A stretch of DNA of 64,000 bases from Dehalococcoidia bacterium (GTDB lineage Bacteria > Chloroflexota > Dehalococcoidia > Lucifugimonadales > Australimonadaceae), in the NCBI GenBank assembly GCA_965200975.1, contig OZ241740.1, forward strand, positions 1,858,636 to 1,922,635, written 5' to 3'. The translations under genes were made by a program, and so were the position numbers. The notes under the pieces were generated by a model. It was given only the letters and a program-made list of their open reading frames with translations, had not been told where the DNA came from and searched no databases. This document shows positions 8,013 through 17,806 of this stretch, in pieces (positions within the stretch are counted from its first letter, which is position 1; the number at the start of each line of letters is the position of its first letter).

Positions 8013-9043
8013 GACTGCGCCGGCAGCCGGAGCCAGGCGTTCCGGCGCACCACCTCCTCCGCTATCTGCACCGCATTCGTCGCCGCGCCCTTTCTCAGAT
8101 TGTCGGAGACCAGCCAGAGCGCCAGCCCGTTCGGAAGCGCGGCGTCCTGCCGGATGCGTCCGACGAACACCTCGTCTCGCCCTGCGGCGTCGATGGGCAT
8201 CGGGTAAACGTTCGCAGAGGGGTCGTCCGTCGCCACGATGCCGGGATACGAAGCGAGCAGCTCCCTGGCCTCCGAGGGGCTGAGCGGGCTCTCGAACTCG
8301 ATGTGGACGGCCTCGCTGTGGCAAATCTGAACGGGAACGCGCACGCAGGTGGCGGCGACGGGCAGCTCCGGGTCGTGCAGGATCTTCCGCGTCTCGTTCA
8401 GCATCTTCACCTCCTCGGAGGTGTGGCCGTCCTCCCGAAACGAGCCGATGTGCGGCAGAAGGTTAAACGCGATGGGGTGCGGGTACTGCTCGCAGACCGC
8501 ATCGCTCCCCGCCAGCGCGTCGCGCGACTGGCGGTCGAGTTCGGCCATCGCTGCGGCGCCGGTTCCGGACACCGACTGGTACGTGGCCGCGATCACGCGG
8601 CGAGGGCGGCTGCCCTGCCGCAGCGCGTCGAGCGTCATCGCGAGCGGCGTCGTCGAGCAGTTCGGTATCGCCAGAATTCCCCGGTGCGCGTCCACGTCGG
8701 CAGCGTTGATCTCCGGCACGACGAGCGGGACTTCCGGGTCCATCCGCCACACGCCGCTATCGTCGATGACGACGCAACCCTGCTCTCGGGCGACGACGGC
8801 CATCTCCCGGCTCACTGCGTCGTTCGCAGAGATGAACGCGATATCCGACTCGGCGAAGATTTCCGGCGTCGTAGCCTCCACCTCGATCTCGCTCCCCGCG
8901 AAAGCGAGGCGCTTCCCCACCGAGCGCTCCGACGCGGTGAGGCGGAGGCGTTCCATGGGGAAGCCTCGCTCCGCCAGCACGGTCAGCGCAACGGCGCCGA
9001 CCGCTCCGGTGGCTCCTACGATCGCAACTCTCGGATCGCTCAC
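8009..9043 (-). CDS. asd: aspartate-semialdehyde dehydrogenase
   Basis: GTG at 9043 is preceded by AAGGAG. The protein reads RVAIVGATGAVG...IPNCSTT...QSVSGTG...SDNLRKGAATNAVQIAE. Confidence 0.93.
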   Translation of the reverse strand: MSDPRVAIVGATGAVGAVALTVLAERGFPMERLRLTASERSVGKRLAFAGSEIEVEATTPEIFAESDIAFISANDAVSREMAVVAREQGCVVIDDSGVWRMDPEVPLVVPEINAADVDAHRGILAIPNCSTTPLAMTLDALRQGSRPRRVIAATYQSVSGTGAAAMAELDRQSRDALAGSDAVCEQYPHPIAFNLLPHIGSFREDGHTSEEVKMLNETRKILHDPELPVAATCVRVPVQICHSEAVHIEFESPLSPSEARELLASYPGIVATDDPSANVYPMPIDAAGRDEVFVGRIRQDAALPNGLALWLVSDNLRKGAATNAVQIAEEVVRRNAWLRLPAQS

Positions 9044-9200
9044 AGCCGCTCCTTTCGCCGCGCCGCTCGGAGCGGCGCGCTCCTCTGATTGTAACCGAGG
9101 GAGAGGCGTCAGGTCTGCTATACTGCGGGGAGGCCTGCGCCCTGGCGAGGGGTAGCGGGCCGGCAGTTTGTATAGCCCAATCCTACCGGAGAAACTCCCC

Positions 9201-10490
9201 ATGCCTGCTTACGGCATCATTGGCGCCCAGTGGGGCGACGAGGGTAAAGGCAAAGTCGTCGATTTCGTCTCCGAGGAGGCCGACATCGTCGTCCGCTACT
9301 CGGGCGGGAGCAACGCCGGCCACACCGTCATCAACGAACGGGGCGAGTTCGCCCTGCACCTTGTGCCCTCGGGCATCTTCCGGCCTCACGTCGACGCCGT
9401 TATCGGCCCGGGAGTCGTGCTCAATCCCGAGGATCTGCTCAACGAACTCGCTAGTTTGCACGAACAGGGGGTCGACACCAGCCGCCTCTTCATCAGCGAC
9501 CACACCCATATCGTTATGCCCTACCACATTCAGCTCGACCGGCTCGAAGAGGAGTCGCGCGGCAGCCAGGCCATCGGCACGACAGGGCGCGGCATAGGGC
9601 CGGCCTACGTCGACAAGGTCGCCCGCTCCGGCATCCGGCTCGGCGACCTGCTCGACCCCGCCTATCTGGCTCACCGGCTCGAGGGCGTGGTGCAGCAGAA
9701 GAACCGCATCCTCACCCGCATATTTGAGACCGACCCTATTGATTTCAACGCCCTGCATGATCAGGCGAGAGCGTGGGGCGAGGCACTGCGCCCCTACGCC
9801 GCATCCGTCGAGCATCGCATCCTCGACCGGCTGGCCCGCGGCGCGCGCGTCGTTCTCGAAGGAGCGCAGGGCGCCATGATCGACCTCGACCACGGCACCT
9901 ATCCCTACGTTACGTCGTCGTCGGTGACTATCGGCGGGGCATGCGCAGGGCTCGGCATCTCTCCCCGCGAAATCGTCGGCGTGATCGGCGTCTTCAAGGC
10001 TTACTCCACGCGCGTCGGCCATGGACCAATGACGAGCGAGCTGTTCGACGAGATAGCCGGCGACATCCGGGAGCGGGCCTGGGAGTACGGCGCCACCACC
10101 GGACGGCCCCGCCGCGTCGGATGGTTCGACGGCGTCGCCGCCCGCTACTCCGCCACGATGAACGGCTTCACGTCCGCCGTCCTCACCAGGCTCGATGTGC
10201 TCGACGGCATCAACCCCGTGAAGGTCTGCATCGGCTACGAGGCGGACGGAGAGCGCATCTACCGCTACCCCAGCCAGCCGGGCCTCCTCGAACGCGCCGC
10301 GCCCATATGGGAAGAGCTCGAAGGCTGGAGCGCCCCGACCGCCGGCATCACCGACATCTCGCAGCTGCCCGCAGAGGCAGCCGCCTACGTCCGGCGCATC
10401 GAAGACGTGATAGGCTGCCCCATAGACCTCATCTCCACTGGCCCTCGACGCGATGAGAGCATCGTCGTACGGCCCATCATCCTGCGGTAG
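9201..10490 (+). CDS. purA: adenylosuccinate synthetase
   Basis: ATG at 9201, reading GIIGAQWGDEGKGKVVD...GGSNAGHTV...GTTGRGIGPAY...TTGRPRRVGW. Confidence 0.95.
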   Translation: MPAYGIIGAQWGDEGKGKVVDFVSEEADIVVRYSGGSNAGHTVINERGEFALHLVPSGIFRPHVDAVIGPGVVLNPEDLLNELASLHEQGVDTSRLFISDHTHIVMPYHIQLDRLEEESRGSQAIGTTGRGIGPAYVDKVARSGIRLGDLLDPAYLAHRLEGVVQQKNRILTRIFETDPIDFNALHDQARAWGEALRPYAASVEHRILDRLARGARVVLEGAQGAMIDLDHGTYPYVTSSSVTIGGACAGLGISPREIVGVIGVFKAYSTRVGHGPMTSELFDEIAGDIRERAWEYGATTGRPRRVGWFDGVAARYSATMNGFTSAVLTRLDVLDGINPVKVCIGYEADGERIYRYPSQPGLLERAAPIWEELEGWSAPTAGITDISQLPAEAAAYVRRIEDVIGCPIDLISTGPRRDESIVVRPIILR

Positions 10491-10507
10491 CGACAGAGGA
10501 GAACGTC

Positions 10508-11440
10508 ATGAAGCTCGGTTTTTTCAACGACTGGACTCTGGGCGTGGTGAAGAACGACACCCACATCGTCGACGTCTCCGAGGCGGTCGCCGGCGTCCAT
10601 GCGCACGGCGCGCAGGAGCTCATCACGCTCGTCATCTCCCACTTTGATCAGGTCCGCGAGCCCTTTCAGAAGCTCGCCGACGTCTCGGCGGGCGTTCCCC
10701 TTTCCGACGTCCGCATCCGTCCGCCCATCCCCCGGCCCAGCCAGATCTTCTGCATGGCCGTCAACTACCTCGAGTTCGGGCAGCGCCCAATGCCCGAGAT
10801 CGACGCCTTCCAAAAGTCGTCCGACTGCGTCATCGGGGACGGCGACACGGTGCTGCTCGACCCTGACTGCCACGCCACGATCTTCCACCACGAGGCCGAA
10901 CTCGCCGTCGTTATGGGCGCCGAGGCCAAGCGGGTCTCGCAGGACGAGGCTATGGACAAGGTGTTCGGCTACACAGGGTTCATCGACGTGTCCGCGCGCG
11001 GCTTCGAACCCGGCGGGCGCACGAGCTTCTTTCAGGTGAAGTCGTGGCCCACTTTCGGCCCGATGGGGCCCTTTATCGTCACCAAGGACGAAATTCCCGA
11101 CCCCCACGATGTGAGCCTGCACATAACGAACAACGGCGAAGACCGCCAGGCCTTCAACACCGACGATATGGCCCACAAGATCCCCGAGTGCATCGAGTTC
11201 ATCTCCCGCATCGCGCACCTTCGCCCCGGCGACATCATCAGCACCGGCACCAACCACCAGGGGCTCGGCGCGCTTCAGCATGGCGACAGCATCGCCTTCA
11301 ACGTGGGCGGCATCGGCGCGCTTCACGTCAACGTCGACGACCCTGCACGACGCGAGTGGCGTCGGGGCGTCGATGAGGAGATGGCCGCCCGAATGCGCGA
11401 GGCGGGCGGGTCGTCAATGGGCATGGGGCCGCGCTCCTGA
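10508..11440 (+). CDS. fumarylacetoacetate hydrolase (FAH) family protein
   Basis: 310 aa, reading HEAELAVVMG...GYTGFIDVSAR...KSWPTFGPMGP.IVTKDEI.DP...NGE.RQ...DDM...I.E.IEFISR...L.PGD.ISTGT. This is the FAH fold signature. Confidence 0.9.
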   Translation: MKLGFFNDWTLGVVKNDTHIVDVSEAVAGVHAHGAQELITLVISHFDQVREPFQKLADVSAGVPLSDVRIRPPIPRPSQIFCMAVNYLEFGQRPMPEIDAFQKSSDCVIGDGDTVLLDPDCHATIFHHEAELAVVMGAEAKRVSQDEAMDKVFGYTGFIDVSARGFEPGGRTSFFQVKSWPTFGPMGPFIVTKDEIPDPHDVSLHITNNGEDRQAFNTDDMAHKIPECIEFISRIAHLRPGDIISTGTNHQGLGALQHGDSIAFNVGGIGALHVNVDDPARREWRRGVDEEMAARMREAGGSSMGMGPRS

Positions 11441-11536
11441 TAAGGCAGCCCGGCGGCAGGGCCCTCTTACCGAGAATAACGCCACGAGGGACTGAGTCCC
11501 CGGGCCGAGCGCGCTTCACGGAGGCGTAGAGCGCCA

Positions 11537-12334
11537 ATGACCACAGACTCCCCTATTCGCGTGGCGGCGCACGGCGCCGCGGGGCGCGTCGGGCGCGAAG
11601 TGATCCGCGCAGTCGCGGCGGCGCCCGATATGGCGCTCGCCGCAGCAATCGACCGCGTGCCGCCCGCCGAGCTCGATCCCCTGCCCGTTCCCGTCCCCTA
11701 CTACACCGATGTGCGCGAGGCCCTCGAGGCGAACCCCGCCGACGTTATCGTCGACTTCAGCCTTGCCGCGGCGACGCTCGCGATGGCGCCGCAGGCGCTC
11801 GCGCTCGGCGTTCGGCCCGTCATCGGCACCACCGGCTTCACCGACGAGCAGACCGCCGACCTGCGCCGGCTTTGTGAGGAGCATGGCGTCGGCGGCTTTC
11901 TCGCCCCGAACTTCACTATCGGCGCTGTGCTGCTCGCCAGGCTTGCCGCCCTCGCCGCGCCGTGGTTCGACTACGCTGACATCGTCGAGGAGCACCATCA
12001 AATGAAGGTCGACTCGCCTTCGGGCACGGCCCTCGGCATAGCAAGGGCGATCAGCGACGCGCGTTCAGGCCCATTCGACCGCAACGTCCCCGAGCGGGAG
12101 CCGCTCCCCGGGGCGCGCGGCGCCGACCACGACGGGATCAGCATCCACGCCGCCCGTATGCCCGGGCGCATGGCCCATCACCAGGTGACGTTCGGCGGCC
12201 CGGGGCAGACGCTCTCCCTTCGCCACGACACCACCGACCGCGAGTGCTATATGCCGGGGGTGCTCCTCGCCATCCGCAGGGTAGGCAGCCTCGCCGGCCT
12301 CACCGTCGGTCTCGACAAGCTGCTCGACCTTTAG
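11537..12334 (+). CDS. dapB: 4-hydroxy-tetrahydrodipicolinate reductase
   Basis: 265 aa, reading IRVAAHGAAGRVGR...VIGTTGF...IVEEHHQMKVDSPSGTAL...HSLRHDT. Confidence 0.93.
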   Translation: MTTDSPIRVAAHGAAGRVGREVIRAVAAAPDMALAAAIDRVPPAELDPLPVPVPYYTDVREALEANPADVIVDFSLAAATLAMAPQALALGVRPVIGTTGFTDEQTADLRRLCEEHGVGGFLAPNFTIGAVLLARLAALAAPWFDYADIVEEHHQMKVDSPSGTALGIARAISDARSGPFDRNVPEREPLPGARGADHDGISIHAARMPGRMAHHQVTFGGPGQTLSLRHDTTDRECYMPGVLLAIRRVGSLAGLTVGLDKLLDL

Positions 12335-12339
12335 CCGCG

Positions 12340-13485
12340 CTAGAAGAATCTGCCCTGCGGCTCGAGCCCCAGCAGCAGTTGCCCGGCAGTCTCGTAGTGC
12401 TCCATCCTGCCCTGTATCTGCTGCGTTATCGCGTGAGCGTCCTGGAACTTGCGCTGAATGGGGGTCGATTCGAATATCGCCGTCGCCCCGAACACGCTGT
12501 ACGCCGCATCCACGACATCGGCCGACTGCCGGATAGCGTGCGTCCCTGCGAGCCGCAGCTCGACCCGCTCCTGCACCGACACCTTGTGGAGCTCTGTTGC
12601 GCTGCGCCAGAGTTGCGCCGCTTTCTCCATCAGGAACGCGTGCGCCGCTCCCCACAGCGCTTCCGCCCGTCCTATCTCCCGCTGCACCGGCGCCTGATCG
12701 CGGAGCAGCGACTGCTCCTGCGGAGTCTTGCGCGTGGCCACCTCGATAGCAGCATCGAGCGCGGAACGGGCAACGCCGAGCGCAACCGCGCCGAACCCGG
12801 CGCCAAAGAACAGGCTGCGCGGAATGAGATACAACGGGCTGGACTCCCGGGGATTCCTGGTTTCGATGAAAGTCCGTTCGGCGGGAACGAACAAGTCCTT
12901 CGTCTCAAAGCTGAAGCTGCCGGTTCCCCGTAGTCCGTTCACCTGCCAGGTGTCGATAAAGTCGACCTCGTCTTTGGGCACGAGCAGCGTGTGCACCTCA
13001 GGGCCGCCGATGCGTCCGGCGGCGACCGCCCAGGTCGCGTGTCTCGACCCGCTGCTGAAGTTCCACCGTCCGGTGAGCGAGTAGCCGCCCTCGACCTCCA
13101 CAATCGTCGTATGTTGCGGCGGGCCGTTGCAGAGGATGGCCCGGGGGTTGCTCCATATCTCCTGTGCGAGCGGCAGAGGCATCAGCGAGGCCATCGTGCC
13201 CAGAATGTTGTTCTGGTTGAAGCACCACGCCGTGCTGCCGTCCGCCTCCGCTATGGCCCTCGCCATGCGGAGGTATTCGAGGAAGTCCGTCTCGCCGCCG
13301 CCTACCGACCGGGGAACCAGCAGGCGGAAGAGGCCGCGCCCGGCCATATCGTCGATGAGGCTGCTCGGTATCTCACGGTCGCGGTCTATGACTTTTGTCG
13401 ACGCGGCTATGCGGTCGAGGATGTCCTGAATGCCGGCGACGGCGTCGCTGCGGCTCTCATCGCCGGCGGGCTGTACGGCTGTCAT
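12340..13485 (-). CDS. acyl-CoA dehydrogenase family protein
   Basis: 381 aa. It has ACAD-like N-terminal, middle and C-terminal domain patterns (GG.E.DF..Y......A..DGS.AWC...H; W.FSSG; final helical domain). Convergent with dapB. Confidence 0.8.
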   Translation of the reverse strand: MTAVQPAGDESRSDAVAGIQDILDRIAASTKVIDRDREIPSSLIDDMAGRGLFRLLVPRSVGGGETDFLEYLRMARAIAEADGSTAWCFNQNNILGTMASLMPLPLAQEIWSNPRAILCNGPPQHTTIVEVEGGYSLTGRWNFSSGSRHATWAVAAGRIGGPEVHTLLVPKDEVDFIDTWQVNGLRGTGSFSFETKDLFVPAERTFIETRNPRESSPLYLIPRSLFFGAGFGAVALGVARSALDAAIEVATRKTPQEQSLLRDQAPVQREIGRAEALWGAAHAFLMEKAAQLWRSATELHKVSVQERVELRLAGTHAIRQSADVVDAAYSVFGATAIFESTPIQRKFQDAHAITQQIQGRMEHYETAGQLLLGLEPQGRFF

Positions 13486-13671
13486 AGGCTATCGCCTCGG
13501 AGACGCTGCAGGCCGCGTCGGGCTGTGCGGCAGCGTAGTTCGAATTGCGTGCAGGACTACGCGGAGCATAGTAGCACTTTGCCGCTTCTTCCTGCGGAGG
13601 CCGGCGGCGAGCAGCCTATAATCCTTCCGATTCTTCCAATCCTTCCCGTCGCCGAGAGAGGCGGTTGCGTC

Positions 13672-14685
13672 ATGACCATACAACGGCTCGCGCTGCATAT
13701 GCCCGTTGGCGGGAGTCTTACTCCCAAAGAGACGCTCGACCTGGTCTGCAGGGCCGAAGAGCTTGGGTACGAGTCGGTCTGGTTCGGCGAGTCCTGGGGA
13801 TACGACGCCTTCACGCCGCTCGCCTGGGCCGCGGCCCGCACGTCGACAATCGGGATCGGAACGCATATCGCGACGTTGTTCAGCCGCACCCCGGCAATGA
13901 CGGCCCAGAGCGCCGCCTCGCTCGATTTCCTGTCGGGCGAGCGCCTCACGCTCGGGATAGGGACGAGCGGGCCCATCGTCGTCGAACGGTGGCATGGTCA
14001 GCGGTGGGAGCGCCCGCTGCAGCGCACTCGCGAATACGTCGAAATCCTGCGCCTTGCGCTGTCGGGGGAGCAGGTCGACTACGAGGGCGAACTCTTTCAG
14101 TTGCGCAACTTCCGGCTTCGCGACCGCCCTCTGCGGACTGACATGCCGATAATGATAGCCTCTATCGGCCCTCGCAACGTCGAACTGACCGGCGAGCTGG
14201 CCGACGGTTGGCTGCCTATCTTCCTGAGGCGCGACGCCATCCCCGGAATGCGCGAGCTGCTCGCCGCCGGCGCGGCGCGCTCGGGGCGCGACCCCGGCGC
14301 AATCGAGATCGCGCCAAGCATCCTCGCCGCCGTTGCGGAGCGTCCCGAAGAGGCGCAGGCAATGGCCCGGGCGCACATCGCCTACTACGTTGGAGGAATG
14401 GGCGCTTTCTACAACCGGCTGATGCGCCGGTTCGGCTGGGAGCGCGAGGCCGCCCAAATCCGCGCAGAGTGGACGCGCCCCCGCCGCGAAGGGCGCAGCG
14501 CCGCGGCTGCGGCAGTCACCGACGAGATGGTCGAGACCACCTGCGCAGTCGGCTCGCCCGCGCAAGCGCGGGAGCGGCTGGCGGAGGCGCGCGCCGCAGG
14601 GGTAACCCTGCCTATCCTGATGTTCCCCTTCGGCGCCGACAAAGCCCGGATGCGCGACACGCTCGAGGCTCTCGCTCCTGCGTAG
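13672..14685 (+). CDS. LLM-class F420/flavin-dependent oxidoreductase
   Basis: ATG at 13672, reading AEELGYESVWFGESWGYDAFT...LGIGTSGP.VVE.WHG...GDGWLPIF. Upstream of 13672 the ORF 12991..14685 is antisense to the ACAD gene. Confidence 0.85.
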   Translation: MTIQRLALHMPVGGSLTPKETLDLVCRAEELGYESVWFGESWGYDAFTPLAWAAARTSTIGIGTHIATLFSRTPAMTAQSAASLDFLSGERLTLGIGTSGPIVVERWHGQRWERPLQRTREYVEILRLALSGEQVDYEGELFQLRNFRLRDRPLRTDMPIMIASIGPRNVELTGELADGWLPIFLRRDAIPGMRELLAAGAARSGRDPGAIEIAPSILAAVAERPEEAQAMARAHIAYYVGGMGAFYNRLMRRFGWEREAAQIRAEWTRPRREGRSAAAAAVTDEMVETTCAVGSPAQARERLAEARAAGVTLPILMFPFGADKARMRDTLEALAPA

Positions 14686-14711
14686 CGGCGAGCTTCCCCC
14701 ATCCCACGCGC

Positions 14712-16109
14712 CTATTCCAGCCGGTTGAGTCCGTTGAGGGCGGCGGTGGTGTAGCTCTCGGCTATCGTGGGGTGGCCCGTTACAGCCTCGACAAAGTAGT
14801 CCACTTCGCCCCCTTGCGCGATGACCGCCTGGCCGATGTGCACCAGCTCGGCGGCGCTTTCGCCAATGATGTGCACGCCCAGGAGCTTTCGGGTCTCGAT
14901 GTCGAACAGCAGCTTCAGCAGCCCCGAGTCGTCGCCCAGCATCACGCTGCGCATCGTCTCCTCGTAGCGGGCCTTGCCCGTCTCATACGGCACATTCTCG
15001 GCGGTCAGTTCAGCCTCGGTCTTGCCCACCATTGCAATCTCGGGGATCGTTTTGATGGCGTACGGGAAGAGGCCGGGGGATATGTTCGTGGCGACTCCGA
15101 ACGCGTGGCGCGCGGCCAACCTGCCCTGCATTGCCGAAGTAGACACGAGATCGGGGAAACCTATCACGCCGCCGACGGCGTAGACGCCCTCGACCTCTGT
15201 CTGGTAGTTCTCGTCCACCTTGATGCGGCCCCGGGAGTCGGCCCGCAGGCCGGCAGCCTCCAGGTTCAGCGACCCGGTGTCGCCGGTGCGCCCGACGCAG
15301 TACATAACAGCGTCGGTCACGATCTGCTTCCCGCTTTCCAGATGGACGCGCACGCGGTCTCTCCGCTCATCCGGAACGTACTCGATGTCGAATACGTTTT
15401 CGTTCATCCGGAACGTCACCCCGCGTCGCCGGAGGAGATAGACCAGCGTATCGGCTATCTCGTCGTCAGCGAACGTGAGGATCCTTGGATTCCGGTCGAC
15501 GAGCGTCACTCGAATGCCGAGGGCGGAGTAGGTGCTGCAGTACTCGAGCCCGATGGCGCCGCCGCCGACAATAGTGAGCGTGCGCGGCAGCTCCGTAAAG
15601 TTGAGCGCATCGTCGCTCACGAGCACAAGCCGGCCGTCGACGAACACGTTCGGGGGCTCCGTGCTGTAGGTGCCTACTGCGATCACCACCTTATCGGCGG
15701 TGATGGCGCGGTCCGACTCTCCTTCGGAGGCCAGGTTGATAGTGTGACGGTCGATGAACGCCCCCTCGGCGTTTATCGTATCGATGTTGTTCCGCTCGAG
15801 CTGAGCGCGATGGATGTCGGCTTGTTGCCGCATTGCGTAGTTCGTGCGCGTCATCAGATCGGCCATCGTGATGTTCCGCTTCACGGCGTAGGACTCGCCG
15901 TAGATATTGCGCTCGCGGAAGCCGGTCAGGTGGAGCACCGCCTCGCGGAGCGTCTTGCTCGCAATGACCGTCTGGGCGCTGAGGCCGCCGATGTCGGAGC
16001 GCTTCTCGATAATGCAGACGCGCTTCTCCAGCTTCGCCGCCTGCACGGCAGCCCGCTGCCCGCCTGGGCCGGAACCGATGACCGCCAAGTCGTAGTCGTA
16101 GCTGACCAT
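14712..16109 (-). CDS. sthA: soluble pyridine nucleotide transhydrogenase (SthA-type flavoprotein)
   Basis: ATG at 16109. It is colinear by eye with E. coli SthA from YDYDLAVIGSGPGG through IPEIAMVGKTE..L....VPYE.G.A to HPTIAESY..AALNGLNRL at the C-terminus. Confidence 0.88.
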   Translation of the reverse strand: MVSYDYDLAVIGSGPGGQRAAVQAAKLEKRVCIIEKRSDIGGLSAQTVIASKTLREAVLHLTGFRERNIYGESYAVKRNITMADLMTRTNYAMRQQADIHRAQLERNNIDTINAEGAFIDRHTINLASEGESDRAITADKVVIAVGTYSTEPPNVFVDGRLVLVSDDALNFTELPRTLTIVGGGAIGLEYCSTYSALGIRVTLVDRNPRILTFADDEIADTLVYLLRRRGVTFRMNENVFDIEYVPDERRDRVRVHLESGKQIVTDAVMYCVGRTGDTGSLNLEAAGLRADSRGRIKVDENYQTEVEGVYAVGGVIGFPDLVSTSAMQGRLAARHAFGVATNISPGLFPYAIKTIPEIAMVGKTEAELTAENVPYETGKARYEETMRSVMLGDDSGLLKLLFDIETRKLLGVHIIGESAAELVHIGQAVIAQGGEVDYFVEAVTGHPTIAESYTTAALNGLNRLE

Positions 16110-16185
16110 ACTCCGTGTCCCTCTCAAGTCGTCGTCGCCGCAGCGCTCTTTGCCCATTGTTGGCGTAGCGCGGGCGCAAGGTCAA

Positions 16186-16315
16186 GAACCGGGAGAGCGT
16201 TCGTACCTGTTCAGAGTCCGGCAGGAAGTCCGGAAGACGGGCGGGCGCTCCCCGACCCTCTCATTTGTGCGTGGAAATCGGGAGAGCGTTCACTCCCCCA
16301 GACCCCCTCGTTATG
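16186..16315. repeat. copies of the dispersed GGGAGAGCG...CCCCCAGACCCCCT repeat family
   Basis: A good copy, GGGAGAGCGTTCACTCCCCCAGACCCCCTCG, lies at 16280-16310. Degenerate copies lie at 16191-16225 and about 16237-16262. All are in the sthA / ATP-grasp divergent intergenic region. Confidence 0.7.
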
Positions 16316-16370
16316 GATTATCCTAGCCTTGTTCGTCCGGCGAAGCCCGCCGGCGACTGCGCGGCATTGT

Positions 16371-17804
16371 ATGGATTTCGATTCCTACACTCTCGACTCC
16401 GTCATCTACGACGAACTGCTGCTATCCGACGGTTCGCCTCGCGAGCACGTCCGCGCGCTCTACGAGACTCTCCATTCGCTCTCGCCCGAACAGACCGCCG
16501 CCATCCAGGACGGCGTCTCGAACTCCTTCCTGCATGAGGGCATCTTCTTCACCGTTTACAGCGACGAGGAGGCGCAGGAGCGCATCATGCCCGTCGACTT
16601 TGTTCCGCGCGTGCTCTCCGCCGCTGAGTGGGCGGAGCTCGACGCAGGCCTGCGCCAGCGGCTCCGCGCCCTCAATCTCTTCCTTCACGACATCTACAAC
16701 GACGCCCGCATCATCGCCGACGGCGTCATCCCCGAGGATATGGTCCGCGACTGCCCCCAGTACCGCGTCGAGATGCAGGGCTACGCCGCGCCCCTCGGTT
16801 CGTGGGCGACTATCTGCGGCTCCGACATCCTGCGCACGAACGACGGCTTTGTCGTGCTCGAGGACAACCTCCGAACTCCGTCCGGAATGTCTTACATGAT
16901 CGCCACGCGCAACGCGGTGAAGGCCGGGCTGCGCCGCCTTTACCGCGCCTGCCGCGTCCGCGAGGTCGAGAACTACGGCGGCCTGCTGCGCGAGACGCTC
17001 CTCGAACTCGCCCCGGAGGGCCGGGCCAACCCGACCATCGCCCTTCTCACCCCCGGCATCTACAACGCGGCCTACTACGAGCACACATTTCTCGCGCAGC
17101 AGATTGGCGCCGAACTCGTCGAGGGACGCGACCTGATCACGCGCGGAGGCTTTCTCTACTACCGCGACTCCAGAGGCCTCCGGCGCATCGACATCCTCTA
17201 CCGCCGCATCGACGACCTCTTCCTCGACCCGCTGGTGTTCCGGGAAGACTCCGTACTCGGCGCGCCCGGCCTGCTCGACGCCTGCCTGCGCGGCAACCTC
17301 ACGCTCGTCAACGTCCCAGGCGCCGGCGTCGCGGACGACAAGAGCGTCTACGCCTACGTTCCGGAGATTATCCGTTACTACCTCGCCGAAGAGCCGCTCA
17401 TCCGAAACGTCGAGACTTACCTCTGCCGCCGTCCGCGAGACCTCGAGTTCACCCTCGACAACCTGGACCAGCTCGTCGTCAAGCGCGTTGGCGAATCCGG
17501 CGGGTACGGCATGCTCGTCGGCCCTCACGCCACGCCTGAAGAGCGAAACGCGTACGCGGAGCAGGTGCGGGCCAATCCGGCGGACTTCATCTCCCAGCCG
17601 GTGCTCTCCTTCTCTCGCGCGCCCTGTTTTATCGACGGCGATATCCAGCCCCGGCACGTCGACCTTCGCCCCTTTATCTTGCAGGGACGCGAGACCCGCA
17701 TCGTGCCGGGGGCTTTCTCTCGCGTGGCTCTGCGCCGCGGAAGCCTCGTCGTCAACTCCAGCCAGGGCGGAGGCGGCAAAGATCTCTGGGTGCTCGAGTC
17801 CTAG
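16371..17804 (+). CDS. circularly permuted type-2 ATP-grasp protein (COG2308 / DUF404-DUF407)
   Basis: ATG at 16371, 477 aa, reading F.HEGI.FTVY......ERI.P.D..PR......W..L..GL.QR..ALN.FL.DIY...I...G.IP....RLGRAVADDK.VY.YVP..I.YYL.E.P...NV.TY. This is the characteristic family layout. Upstream of 16371 the giant ORF 14208..17804 is antisense to sthA. Confidence 0.85.
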   Translation: MDFDSYTLDSVIYDELLLSDGSPREHVRALYETLHSLSPEQTAAIQDGVSNSFLHEGIFFTVYSDEEAQERIMPVDFVPRVLSAAEWAELDAGLRQRLRALNLFLHDIYNDARIIADGVIPEDMVRDCPQYRVEMQGYAAPLGSWATICGSDILRTNDGFVVLEDNLRTPSGMSYMIATRNAVKAGLRRLYRACRVREVENYGGLLRETLLELAPEGRANPTIALLTPGIYNAAYYEHTFLAQQIGAELVEGRDLITRGGFLYYRDSRGLRRIDILYRRIDDLFLDPLVFREDSVLGAPGLLDACLRGNLTLVNVPGAGVADDKSVYAYVPEIIRYYLAEEPLIRNVETYLCRRPRDLEFTLDNLDQLVVKRVGESGGYGMLVGPHATPEERNAYAEQVRANPADFISQPVLSFSRAPCFIDGDIQPRHVDLRPFILQGRETRIVPGAFSRVALRRGSLVVNSSQGGGGKDLWVLES

Positions 17805-17806
17805 GT

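Noticed and set aside
14712-16109. Absence of the redox-active CxxxxC pair in the flavoprotein as an anomaly
   Set aside because: The protein is colinear with SthA-type transhydrogenases, which do not use a redox-active disulfide. It is not unusual for this family.
14208-16370. First about 720 aa of the 1198-aa ORF 14208..17804
   Set aside because: It overlaps the end of the LLM gene and runs antisense through all of sthA. Recognisable protein sequence (ATP-grasp) starts only at ATG 16371.
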